A stretch of 41,503 nucleotides of DNA, taken from positions 1 through 41,503 of IMG/VR virus record IMGVR_UViG_3300025147_000024. One strand, given 5' to 3'. Below, in pieces: positions 8,962-16,928 of this stretch. The stretch is from a virus. Lineage: Duplodnaviria > Caudoviricetes. The notes below the pieces were generated by a model, which ran no database searches, had not been told where the DNA came from, and saw only the letters and a program-made list of their open reading frames with translations. Positions within the stretch are counted from its first letter, which is position 1, and each line of letters begins with the position of its first letter. A program made the position numbers and the translations under genes.

Positions 8962-9131
8962 ATAGTTCGATTTTTCATTATTTCTCTGTAAACTTCTCCC
9001 AGTGCTATCTCCGTTTGTCGCTTCAGGGCGTAAGCGGCAGGATTGTAAAGAGGCTGTTTGAATTGAGCTTCGAGGGCTTTCATCTTTGCTTCGAGTATTG
9101 CCATTGGGGATATATCAAAAGTGCAACTCAT
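8958..9131 (-). CDS. Hypothetical 57-aa protein (not in ORF track)
   Basis: MSCTFDISPMAILEAKMKALEAQFKQ..REIMKNRTI; ATGA overlaps at both ends. Confidence 0.6.
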   Translation of the reverse strand: MSCTFDISPMAILEAKMKALEAQFKQPLYNPAAYALKRQTEIALGEVYREIMKNRTI

Positions 9132-9250
9132 CGTAGTAAGTTATCGCAACAGGCAAACAGAGTGAAATACATGGCTGTTATAGCACACACCATCAATGTA
9201 TATCCTATTACTTGAGCCGTTAATTTCAGAACTGGTAAGATTGTTTTCAT
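9128..9250 (-). CDS. Small membrane protein, 40 aa (not in ORF track)
   Basis: MKTILPVLKLTAQVIGYTLMVCAITAMYFTLFACCDNLLR; its stop overlaps the next ATG. Confidence 0.55.
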   Translation of the reverse strand: MKTILPVLKLTAQVIGYTLMVCAITAMYFTLFACCDNLLR

Positions 9251-9255
9251 ATCGT

Positions 9256-9447
9256 TTAATTGTCAATTCGTTCGTAATGATCGTGTTTAGAATACTCTTT
9301 GCCCCAACTTGCAGCATTTACACCAGCAACGGTGAAATTCTCATAGTCTGATTTGTGCTTGCAGCAACGACAGAAGCCATTGGCCTTGCATTTGAACACA
9401 TCTGTTGAATGGCACTTAGGGCATTCGTCAATTACCTGGTTACTCAT
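9256..9447 (-). CDS. Small zinc-ribbon protein
   Basis: CPKC..CRCC motifs. Confidence 0.65.
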   Translation of the reverse strand: MSNQVIDECPKCHSTDVFKCKANGFCRCCKHKSDYENFTVAGVNAASWGKEYSKHDHYERIDN

Positions 9448-9547
9448 GATTTTTAGGTTTAAACATCCAATTCAATAATTCAATGGCCAGTACAAAAACG
9501 ACTACACCGGCAACGAGGCTAAGGCAGATTATATCAAAGGTTCTCAT
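9440..9547 (-). CDS. Small membrane protein, 35 aa (not in ORF track)
   Basis: MRTFDIICLSLVAGVVVFVLAIELLNWMFKPKNHE; fills the gap and overlaps the next start. Confidence 0.55.
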   Translation of the reverse strand: MRTFDIICLSLVAGVVVFVLAIELLNWMFKPKNHE

Positions 9548-9551
9548 GGGA

Positions 9552-9968
9552 TTAATATTTGCGTTTGATTCTTTTACCCTTTTCAAATTGGTTGTACCAA
9601 GGGGTTTCTGCCTCTTTTCTTAATATTATAGGGTCTAAATTGAATTGAGGCTCATGAAGACGAGAAATAAGTAAGGGTTCATCAAAGGGGCAACCCCGCA
9701 TTATTGGAACATTTGCGCCTACCAAAATCACCCTATGATTTCTTGCATGAGCGCGGATCAATTCAATATCAAAGGGCTGATCAATTCCGATCATGCCAAC
9801 ACTCTTAACCTCTTCAAATCGCTGCTTGTTGGATTCGTACCATTTTAAGAACATTCTTATCTTAGAATACTTCCAAGCCAAAGGAAGAGCGGACCAGTAA
9901 CTTTCGTCTAATCCTGCACCTGTGTACATCCCGGCAATCCACGCTATGAGTAATGCTTTCTTGTTCAT
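9552..9968 (-). CDS. Hypothetical protein
   Basis: In-operon ORF with tight spacing to neighbours. Confidence 0.6.
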   Translation of the reverse strand: MNKKALLIAWIAGMYTGAGLDESYWSALPLAWKYSKIRMFLKWYESNKQRFEEVKSVGMIGIDQPFDIELIRAHARNHRVILVGANVPIMRGCPFDEPLLISRLHEPQFNLDPIILRKEAETPWYNQFEKGKRIKRKY

Positions 9969-9973
9969 GATCT

Positions 9974-11485
9974 TTAGTAAATTTCTAATCCTTGTTTCTT
10001 GGTCCGCTCCGTGCCCTTGGTTTTGGTATCCGTCTTCCGGGGTAAAGCCCAGCCTTTGATCTTTGCTACTTTCCGGTTAAATTCCATCCAAACGGATTCA
10101 GAAGAGAACTTCACGTGCATTGTCCCTTTCTTGTATCCGCGGATCTCAAAGAATTCATTCCACTGGTACCATTTACCGAATTCCAGATATCGGTATTTGT
10201 CGCTATATCCGTTTGAATCTTTAACCCGTTTGCCTTCCGCGTCCAACAGGTAAGTGTGTGAGATGAATTCGTTTAGGCTCTTAAAAGACCCGAAGTCCTT
10301 ACCAGTCATGTGACAGAGAGCCTTAACAATGTCATCCATATCACCCTGTCTGTCGTATCCGTAAGGGCTTACTGACAGCTGACCGCTGTATCCGATAGTC
10401 GTGAGGTGAGGCAGGATGAATTTTTGATTGACCTTATATGATGAATTGGTTTTCCATCCGGATCCAGCCTCTGAATTCTCGTAAGAGAAAGAACAGATCT
10501 TATCGAAAGCATCCACCAGTACTTTGTCCATCCGTCCTGCATGTGTACCAACTATCATTTGGCCCATCTTGTAGATATTCTTAAGTGTGAACGGGACCTT
10601 AACCTGTTGCTCTACGAACTTGTTAATGTTCTCCATTACGGACTTAGTGATATACTTGCTCATATTCATTTCAGCAAAAACCGCTTTCCACGCTGACTTC
10701 TGAAGCTCATTTTTGAATTCATCCCGGGTAACAGTGTAATCCCTTCCATCCCGGCGTTGGTTAACTCCGAATGTGATGTTACCGTATTGATTGAGGGGCT
10801 TAATCAGGGCGTTCATACGTTGAGAGGCACCGATCACTTCATCGAACATCTTAACCGCTCCAACGTACCGGTTGACGCAATCCCGAAGAACATCATAAGC
10901 CATTATCCCGTTGCCCTCCTGCTCTGGATCCTCGTTAAGATCGAAGTATCCATCAAACTCATTGTCACCAGTGCGAGGTTTGAACAGGTGGACCATTGAA
11001 ACGCTTACATCTGTCTCACGCTCCGATTGTGAAAAGACATTTCCAAGCCTTACGCTGTTACCGTTTTTCTCGATGAGCGAAAACAGGTTTTCACGTTGGT
11101 GAGAATACCGGTTATCAAGAGTATTGGAGTTACACAGTGCGATTATCTCACATCCACTTGGCGCAACATCCCAAGCGTGGCGGATGTGTTTGTCACCCAT
11201 AAAGAATGGAGGGTTCATGATGATGAAGTCAATATGGCTGATCTCTTCGCCGGTCACCTGCAGGAAGTCATGCTTTAAAAACCTGTCGGCTTTCTTTTGT
11301 GCGATAAGAGCTAAATCCGGATGCTTTTCACAGGCTATAACCTTTGCCCCTTCTGCTCTCAGGTAGTCAATAATATTACCACTTCCGGCTGATGGCTCAA
11401 GCACAGTCTTACCGATCAGGTCAAGGCCTGAACACATGGTGTTGATCACATCAATAGGGGTCGGGTAGAAATCGTTCGTAAACAT
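9974..11485 (-). CDS. Amino (probably N6-adenine) DNA methyltransferase with DUF4942-like C-terminal region
   Basis: FYPTP, VLEPSAGSG (motif I), IMNPPF (motif IV); C-terminal WKTNSSYKVN and RGYKKGTMH. Confidence 0.88.
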   Translation of the reverse strand: MFTNDFYPTPIDVINTMCSGLDLIGKTVLEPSAGSGNIIDYLRAEGAKVIACEKHPDLALIAQKKADRFLKHDFLQVTGEEISHIDFIIMNPPFFMGDKHIRHAWDVAPSGCEIIALCNSNTLDNRYSHQRENLFSLIEKNGNSVRLGNVFSQSERETDVSVSMVHLFKPRTGDNEFDGYFDLNEDPEQEGNGIMAYDVLRDCVNRYVGAVKMFDEVIGASQRMNALIKPLNQYGNITFGVNQRRDGRDYTVTRDEFKNELQKSAWKAVFAEMNMSKYITKSVMENINKFVEQQVKVPFTLKNIYKMGQMIVGTHAGRMDKVLVDAFDKICSFSYENSEAGSGWKTNSSYKVNQKFILPHLTTIGYSGQLSVSPYGYDRQGDMDDIVKALCHMTGKDFGSFKSLNEFISHTYLLDAEGKRVKDSNGYSDKYRYLEFGKWYQWNEFFEIRGYKKGTMHVKFSSESVWMEFNRKVAKIKGWALPRKTDTKTKGTERTKKQGLEIY

Positions 11486-11685
11486 TATTTAAAGGCTTTA
11501 ACAGGTACATAAACGGCAAAGCTCCAATCGGAATAGCCCCAAACTTCAATTTTACCGATGAGCTTATCACCGTAATCCGGATCTCTTTTAATCTGGAAGT
11601 TGGCAGTAGCTTTGATCTTGGTTATTTCATCACCAATTTGCTGTGAGAGCCTATCCCTATCAATCACCTTGATTGTTATTTCCAT
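11485..11685 (-). CDS. Hypothetical 66-aa protein, first gene of the leftward operon
   Basis: ATG 11685 (MEITIKV) lies downstream of the 11727-11757 promoter; the longer track ORF would overlap that promoter. Confidence 0.65.
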   Translation of the reverse strand: MEITIKVIDRDRLSQQIGDEITKIKATANFQIKRDPDYGDKLIGKIEVWGYSDWSFAVYVPVKAFK

Positions 11686-11701
11686 TTCCAAAATATTAAA
11701 G

Positions 11702-11718
11702 TGTGCCCAATAGGAACA
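11702..11718. promoter_or_regulatory. 17-bp operator-like motif, copy 1
   Basis: TGTGCCCAATAGGAACA; related copies at 11841, 32231, 35896, 38731. Confidence 0.65.
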
Positions 11719-11726
11719 CAACGGGT

Positions 11727-11757
11727 CAAAAATAGGGCATATATTTAATATATGCAA
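11727..11757 (-). promoter_or_regulatory. Leftward promoter with a perfect 19-bp palindrome in its spacer
   Basis: Minus strand TTG-N20-TATTTTTG; GCATATATT-T-AATATATGC at 11737-11755. Confidence 0.8.
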
Positions 11758-11840
11758 CATTCTAAAAGAAATATTTAAAAATAAATTTGGATTTTTGGTA
11801 AATTCTTAACAGGCTGTTTATTAACATGCAAAAATATTTG

Positions 11841-11880
11841 CGTTCCTATTGAGCACATATCATTTTATTACTTATATTTG
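11841..11880 (+). promoter_or_regulatory. Head/tail operon promoter overlapped by 17-bp motif copy 2
   Basis: TTG 11849-11851, 21-nt spacer, TATATTTG 11873-11880; CGTTCCTATTGAGCACA at 11841-11857. Confidence 0.75.
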
Positions 11881-11915
11881 GGCGCAAAATCGAATATAAC
11901 CGGTTAAAAAATCTC

Positions 11916-12527
11916 ATGAATAAAAAATTATTAGAGCTATTTAAAGTCAAATGCAAAGACATGGGACTTTCAGAAGCAGCAATCGAAGCCCTTGTTTCAG
12001 GTGGCAGCGATGGCCTAACAGAAGCGTCTACTGACGCAGAAATCGAAGTAAAGGCAAACCTTATTCTCCCATTTGCTAAGGCAATGCAGGGTGAAGCTAC
12101 CAGGTGGGCTCAGACTTCAAAGGAAAAAACCGAATTAGCAGCAGCAGAAAAAGCTAAGGTGGAAAAAGCAGCAGCTGGTGGCGGAGAGGAAAAACCTTGG
12201 GAAGCGGCTATTAACACTTTGAAATCAGATTACGACAAGAAACTGTCAACTCTTGAAACAGAGAATCAGACTTTCAAAGCAGAAAAAGCAGGAACAGAAA
12301 GGGCAACTTTAATCTCTACACTTCAGAAAAAGCATGGTCTCTCTGATGAACACATGAAGTTTGTGGCAGTACCGGCGGATCAAGATCCAGACGTGTACCT
12401 GACCAGTTACAAGCAACATCTCATCACGCAGGGGCTCGTTCCGGCAGTTGCCGGATCAGCAGCAACCGCACAGCAAGCTTCGGAAGAAGCCGCGAAAGGG
12501 CTGCTTGCAGAAATTGAAGTTAAATAA
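11916..12527 (+). CDS. Capsid scaffolding protein (putative)
   Basis: Acidic, Ala-rich coiled-coil protein upstream of the capsid genes. Confidence 0.7.
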   Translation: MNKKLLELFKVKCKDMGLSEAAIEALVSGGSDGLTEASTDAEIEVKANLILPFAKAMQGEATRWAQTSKEKTELAAAEKAKVEKAAAGGGEEKPWEAAINTLKSDYDKKLSTLETENQTFKAEKAGTERATLISTLQKKHGLSDEHMKFVAVPADQDPDVYLTSYKQHLITQGLVPAVAGSAATAQQASEEAAKGLLAEIEVK

Positions 12528-12548
12528 TTTTTAAAGCAAAAAAAGCTT

Positions 12549-13190
12549 ATGAAATTCGGAAAAACAACTTATGGTGGTGGTAGAAATGTATACACGTCAA
12601 GCCCTTTAAAGGTTATTGGCGGTTTTACGTTGGATACCGTTACACAGGGTTTCAATGCAGGGGATAAGATTCCCGCCGGAACTCTGGCCGTCTATGATGA
12701 GATTACCCGAAAGGTGTTGCTTGTCAAGACTGGAAAAGTAAAAGCAATTGCCGCTGATCCAACAGTGGTAACGCTTGAAAGCTCGATGCATCTTAGCCCT
12801 ATTTTCAAAATAGGTGACAAAGTGCTCAAAACTGTTACAGGGTTGCTGTCCGCGGCTCCTTCGATCAGTGCTATTGCCGTCAATGCTTCTGACGAATATG
12901 TTATTACCCTCTCAGCCGCTCTTGCAACATTGGCCGTTGGTGATATCATTGTACAGGTCGTTGCTGACGTGACTACACCCGCCAACGCGGCTCTTATCGG
13001 TTTGGCGAATGCCGCTGTCATTGCTTCTGTTGAAGTCAACGATGCCGCAAACGAAACAGGGATTGATGTAACAATTGATTCAGGTTCGGGTGCCTGGTAC
13101 TTACGCCGTATTCCGGCTATCCCTACCGTGCTTATGCAGGGTAATGTGTTGTTGGCTAATCACAACATCAAATACACCAAATCGGTCTAA
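12549..13190 (+). CDS. Head decoration/cement protein (putative)
   Basis: Between scaffold and major capsid; GGFTLD..IPAGTL motif; beta-rich. Confidence 0.65.
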   Translation: MKFGKTTYGGGRNVYTSSPLKVIGGFTLDTVTQGFNAGDKIPAGTLAVYDEITRKVLLVKTGKVKAIAADPTVVTLESSMHLSPIFKIGDKVLKTVTGLLSAAPSISAIAVNASDEYVITLSAALATLAVGDIIVQVVADVTTPANAALIGLANAAVIASVEVNDAANETGIDVTIDSGSGAWYLRRIPAIPTVLMQGNVLLANHNIKYTKSV

Positions 13191-13210
13191 CTTCTAAAAA
13201 TAAGTAAGAT

Positions 13211-14341
13211 ATGCCTAAAAGTATTTTTACAACCCTGATTTTCCCCGGACAACCGATCGATCTTCTGAAGACGATGCAGATCATGTTCGATCAGGCTTCT
13301 TTGCAAAATAAGATCCTGTGGGAAAAAACCTACGTTGACCGTTGGTTTACTTCTAATCTGCCTCAGTACGGCCTTACTTGTGAGGGTATTCTTGGTAAGT
13401 ACAAACTTCGCTTCCTGGCTTCGATCATTGGAAACAATGCAGCCACTCCGCTTCGTCCTTCTGATGGCTTCGACACCTGGAAAGGTGAGATCCCTCGCGT
13501 AGGTCACAAGTTCCTGATGACAGCTGATAAGATGCGTAAGCTTCAGGAAATCTATGAGTCCCCAAGACTTCAGGACGCTCAGAAGTTTGCCGAAATCAAA
13601 AAAACGATGATCTCAGACTTTCAAGAAGCCTATCTGGGCACCAAGGATGCTGTTGACCACATCATTTTACGTGCACTCTCCAACGGTGGTGTTGCTGACT
13701 TCACAAGTGCTATCAACCCGGATGGTCGTATCTACAAGGTAGACTACGAAATGCCGACTGAGAACAAGCTGCAAGCAGCTACTGCATGGACTGAAGCAAA
13801 CATTCTCACTTTGGATTGTATGCTTGAACTTGGTAAAGCCATTTATGACTTTGCAGAGAAAGGCGTTGTTTTCGGAGAGGCTTTGATGTCCCCTGAGATC
13901 AAATACTTCATGAAACGCTCTGGCCTGATCAAAACTGCTATCCTTGGCACTGACAAGGGTAAAGGGGTTATCACAGACGCCGCTTTTGATGAGTATTGGG
14001 CTCAGAACGGTTTGCCTCCTATCACGTTGATCACGAAGAAAAACGCTGGTCAGGTAGACGGAGAACGCACCACGATTGACCCTTGGAATCATGACATGAT
14101 TGTCTTGAAACCCGCTGGTACTATCGGAGAATTGCAGCCTGCTTTTGAAGACAGTGCAATTATACCTGAAGAGAACGTGAATTATACCGACGCTGGTAGC
14201 GGTATCCGTATGGCCAAATGGACAGTTGGCGAAAGCTCTGGTCAGGCAGCTGGCGAATACACTCAAGGCTCTTGGCGTGTAGTTCCGATCATCAACAGCA
14301 TTAATGCAGTTGTAAATCTTCGGGTCCGTAACCTGGTTTAA
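13211..14341 (+). CDS. Major capsid protein (gpE-like, HK97 fold)
   Basis: 376 aa; position; TPLR..GEIPRVGHKF and C-terminal EYTQGSWRVVP; codon usage suggests high expression. Confidence 0.85.
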   Translation: MPKSIFTTLIFPGQPIDLLKTMQIMFDQASLQNKILWEKTYVDRWFTSNLPQYGLTCEGILGKYKLRFLASIIGNNAATPLRPSDGFDTWKGEIPRVGHKFLMTADKMRKLQEIYESPRLQDAQKFAEIKKTMISDFQEAYLGTKDAVDHIILRALSNGGVADFTSAINPDGRIYKVDYEMPTENKLQAATAWTEANILTLDCMLELGKAIYDFAEKGVVFGEALMSPEIKYFMKRSGLIKTAILGTDKGKGVITDAAFDEYWAQNGLPPITLITKKNAGQVDGERTTIDPWNHDMIVLKPAGTIGELQPAFEDSAIIPEENVNYTDAGSGIRMAKWTVGESSGQAAGEYTQGSWRVVPIINSINAVVNLRVRNLV

Positions 14342-14347
14342 TAATAG

Positions 14348-14668
14348 TTGACTGTGACAAATTTAGAAGCACTAAAAGCCGAAATAGAGCCCCTTACAAT
14401 CAGTAAGGGTGCTCTTAATAAAGCGTTACTCGATGCAGGACTTGACGCAACAGCTGAGTATACTGATGAAAAGTCAGTTGCAAAAGCTACTGTCAAAGCT
14501 CTCTCCAAACTTATGGTTTTGAAGTCAGAATCCGAAGGGAAGTTTGCTCAAAGCTATGCTGATGGAGTGATCGAAAAGCGGATTATCGGGATATGCAATC
14601 AATTTGGTTTTGATGTTTCCGAATTTGTCACATTCTCTTCAATTACTGATGGTTCTAATAGGTGGTAA
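14348..14668 (+). CDS. Head-tail adaptor (putative)
   Basis: Follows the capsid gene; SESEG..SY motif; alternative start GTG 14354. Confidence 0.7.
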   Translation: MTVTNLEALKAEIEPLTISKGALNKALLDAGLDATAEYTDEKSVAKATVKALSKLMVLKSESEGKFAQSYADGVIEKRIIGICNQFGFDVSEFVTFSSITDGSNRW

Positions 14669-14670
14669 TC

Positions 14671-15000
14671 ATGTCAAGATATAACAGCACACTGAAATAC
14701 AAAACGACTATTCCCGGACAACTTGATCCTGTTTCAGGTTTTTGGGTTGAAGGGTTCGTGTCGGATTGGATTGATGCAGGTGATTGTCATATCGAAAAAC
14801 ATACCCCGCCTAAAGAGGTCAAAGGAGTTGACGGGTCAACTATTCTATATGTGTATGAAATATTCATGCCACAATCTGACTTGAATCTGTCTATTGGAGA
14901 TCCTATTGCTCTATTTGATGAAGATGGAGTTCTACTTGCTGAGACTCTTGTAAGTGGCTTTGATCGTACCGGAAGAAAAAACATTTCGATATGGGCATAG
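14671..15000 (+). CDS. Head closure protein (putative)
   Basis: Synteny; beta-rich, ~110 aa. Confidence 0.65.
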   Translation: MSRYNSTLKYKTTIPGQLDPVSGFWVEGFVSDWIDAGDCHIEKHTPPKEVKGVDGSTILYVYEIFMPQSDLNLSIGDPIALFDEDGVLLAETLVSGFDRTGRKNISIWA

Positions 15001-15419
15001 TCATGACAACGTCTCCGGGCGATCTTGATGCTCATTTGCAGAAACAGATCGAGAGACGGTTAGCCGCGCTGTTGGTAAGGCTAAACTTCATCGGGGTAAC
15101 CTGTGTGAATGAAGCAAGGACCGGAAGGACTTACACACCACAGACAAACGCTCTTCTGAATTCAACCGGCTATGTCATCGTAAAAGATGGAGTCATAATT
15201 GACGGGTCCAGTTTTCAAGGTAACGGCGGGACAGACGGTGAAGCGTATGCACGAAAGCTTACGGCTCGCTACGCTCAAGGGATCACGCTTATTGTCGTTG
15301 CCGGTGAGAACTACGCCGCTTATGTTGAAGCTCTTGGATACAATGTTTTGACCAGTGCTGAATTACTCGCTGAACAGCTTGTACCTCGAATGATGAAAAA
15401 GTTAGGCTTTACCAAATGA
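14991..15419 (+). CDS. Neck/tail completion protein (HK97 gp10-like)
   Basis: YTPQTNALLNSTGY..VVAGENYAAYVEA motif. Confidence 0.75.
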   Translation: MGIVMTTSPGDLDAHLQKQIERRLAALLVRLNFIGVTCVNEARTGRTYTPQTNALLNSTGYVIVKDGVIIDGSSFQGNGGTDGEAYARKLTARYAQGITLIVVAGENYAAYVEALGYNVLTSAELLAEQLVPRMMKKLGFTK

Positions 15420-15823
15420 GAAAGACAGGCAGTCAGATTGAGTTCGATGTATTCAGCATCCTGAGGGGGAGTCTTTTGGCTACAACTATCAAAGGGTCAA
15501 TCTTTCGTGAAGGCATGAGGCCAAACGGGGCTAAAACTGAAGATGCAATCGTCTCATTTATGACTGGTCTTGATGATCAGATCCAGACGGGGGTTGTAAA
15601 CGTGAACATCTATGTTCCGGATATCGCAAACGGAAGCACTGTACTGATTAAAAACGGATCACGCTGTCAGGAGTTAGAGATCTTGTCCAATACCATTATT
15701 CAGTCGATCATACCTGGTGAATATCGATTCAAACTTGGGGCAACAATACAGACCTACAAGGCTGAAGGCATTGACCAGCATTTTGTGAATTGTAAAATTA
15801 AATTCGAATTAACAACTTTTTAA
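15416..15823 (+). CDS. Tail terminator (putative)
   Basis: Synteny; QTGVVNVNIYVPD motif. Confidence 0.7.
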   Translation: MRKTGSQIEFDVFSILRGSLLATTIKGSIFREGMRPNGAKTEDAIVSFMTGLDDQIQTGVVNVNIYVPDIANGSTVLIKNGSRCQELEILSNTIIQSIIPGEYRFKLGATIQTYKAEGIDQHFVNCKIKFELTTF

Positions 15824-15835
15824 AAATTAAATATT

Positions 15836-16288
15836 ATGTCAATATTAAGTTGGGGTAAACCGAAAGTGGAAGTTGTTGCACATGTGGCAGGTGTTATTCC
15901 TGCAGTCCCAACATGGATAGTGTTCCCTGTAATCGTTGAGAAAACAGCGACACTCGCAACAGAGAAAGGTGCCAAATCAGAGGCACTCGGCGAAGGTGGA
16001 GAGGTAATTGACACCCGTTATGCAAAAAACAAATACAGCTTTTCGGCTGAAGTATTTGTGAAAAAAGGTGACAGCAAGCCAATCGTTGATGACGATGGTC
16101 TTATCGTTGCCAATTACGGTATCCGGATGACTCCTGAGGATGTCACACTCGAAGGCTGGATCATGGAAGCTGCAGCTGTATCAGTTGAAGAAACATGGAG
16201 TTCTGAAGCTGGTAAGAAATGGAAATACACCTTTGACGGTGTGAAACCAGCAGCAGGCGCAATTCTGAAACCTTACACTCAGGCGTAA
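15836..16288 (+). CDS. Major tail tube protein
   Basis: LSWGKP..A.GEGGEVID; position between neck genes and chaperone/TMP. Confidence 0.8.
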   Translation: MSILSWGKPKVEVVAHVAGVIPAVPTWIVFPVIVEKTATLATEKGAKSEALGEGGEVIDTRYAKNKYSFSAEVFVKKGDSKPIVDDDGLIVANYGIRMTPEDVTLEGWIMEAAAVSVEETWSSEAGKKWKYTFDGVKPAAGAILKPYTQA

Positions 16289-16366
16289 AAAATAGAGGCA
16301 AACGGATAGACGGACTTATGGTGGAGGTAAACCATTAACCCATTATTAATTAATACATTCAATTTA

Positions 16367-16771
16367 ATGAAAAAGATCATTCTTCTTTGCTCGATGCTGA
16401 TCCTCACGATAGGACTCAATGCATCACAGGTGAATTATCACCAATCGGACCAGTTGCAGACCTTTGGCTTTAATGTCCAATCACCTGCTCAGGCAATGCC
16501 TTTTACGGCTGTTGACGTCTACATGATCACCACCAATGTAGTGCTGACCTGTCAGATTATCACAGCACAAAATGAGGGTTTAATCCGGGACCAAAAGGGA
16601 GTAACTAAAAAAGTGGTCAGCGATTTTGACTATGGAAATACTCTCAAATGTGCGACTCTTCAAAAAAGATTAATACAAAGTTTTTGCAGCCAATTGAGAT
16701 ATAGGTACTCTCCAATAAGGTTAGCGAAAGACTATTCTAAAATAACTAAGCCTACAGTCCGACACGTTTAA
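16367..16771 (+). CDS. Secreted hypothetical protein (moron-like insert)
   Basis: Signal peptide MKKIILLCSMLILTIGLNA; followed by its own terminator. Confidence 0.6.
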   Translation: MKKIILLCSMLILTIGLNASQVNYHQSDQLQTFGFNVQSPAQAMPFTAVDVYMITTNVVLTCQIITAQNEGLIRDQKGVTKKVVSDFDYGNTLKCATLQKRLIQSFCSQLRYRYSPIRLAKDYSKITKPTVRHV

Positions 16772-16792
16772 CTAAAAATCAAAATATCTAAA

Positions 16793-16828
16793 AGACAGCT
16801 CTATGATGAGTGGAGCTGTCTCTTTTTT
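16793..16828 (+). terminator. Intrinsic terminator
   Basis: AGACAGCTCTA/TGGAGCTGTCT 11-bp stem followed by CTTTTTT. Confidence 0.8.
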
Positions 16829-16923
16829 GCCGGAGTAGTATAAGTGGTGAACAGGCGGTTGAACTATTACCCTACAAATGGGATGTTACTGCCAAGGAAT
16901 GGGTTCGATTCCCGTATTCGGCG
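16829..16923 (+). ncRNA. tRNA-like element with an extended (40-nt) anticodon arm
   Basis: Acceptor GCCGGAG/ATTCGGC (6 of 7 pairs), TA at positions 8-9, D-loop AAGTGGT, T-arm ATGGG-TTCGATT-CCCGT, arm GGCGGT..ACTGCC. Confidence 0.65.
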
Positions 16924-16928
16924 CAAAC

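Noticed and set aside
8859-9215. 118-aa plus-strand ORF in the track
   Set aside because: It is a shadow of three coupled minus-strand micro-ORFs that fit the operon.
13667-14266. 199-aa antisense ORF within the capsid gene, and similar antisense ORFs in terL, portal and TMP
   Set aside because: These are explained by codon bias of the sense gene and have no motifs or promoters.
16300-16340. ATGGT-GGAGGTAA-ACCAT hairpin after the tail tube gene
   Set aside because: A 5-bp stem only; insufficient evidence for a structured element.
16878-16928. N-terminal extension MGCYCQGMGSIPVFGAN of the tail chaperone
   Set aside because: It is the translation of the tRNA-like T-arm; a downstream ATG has a better AT-rich context.
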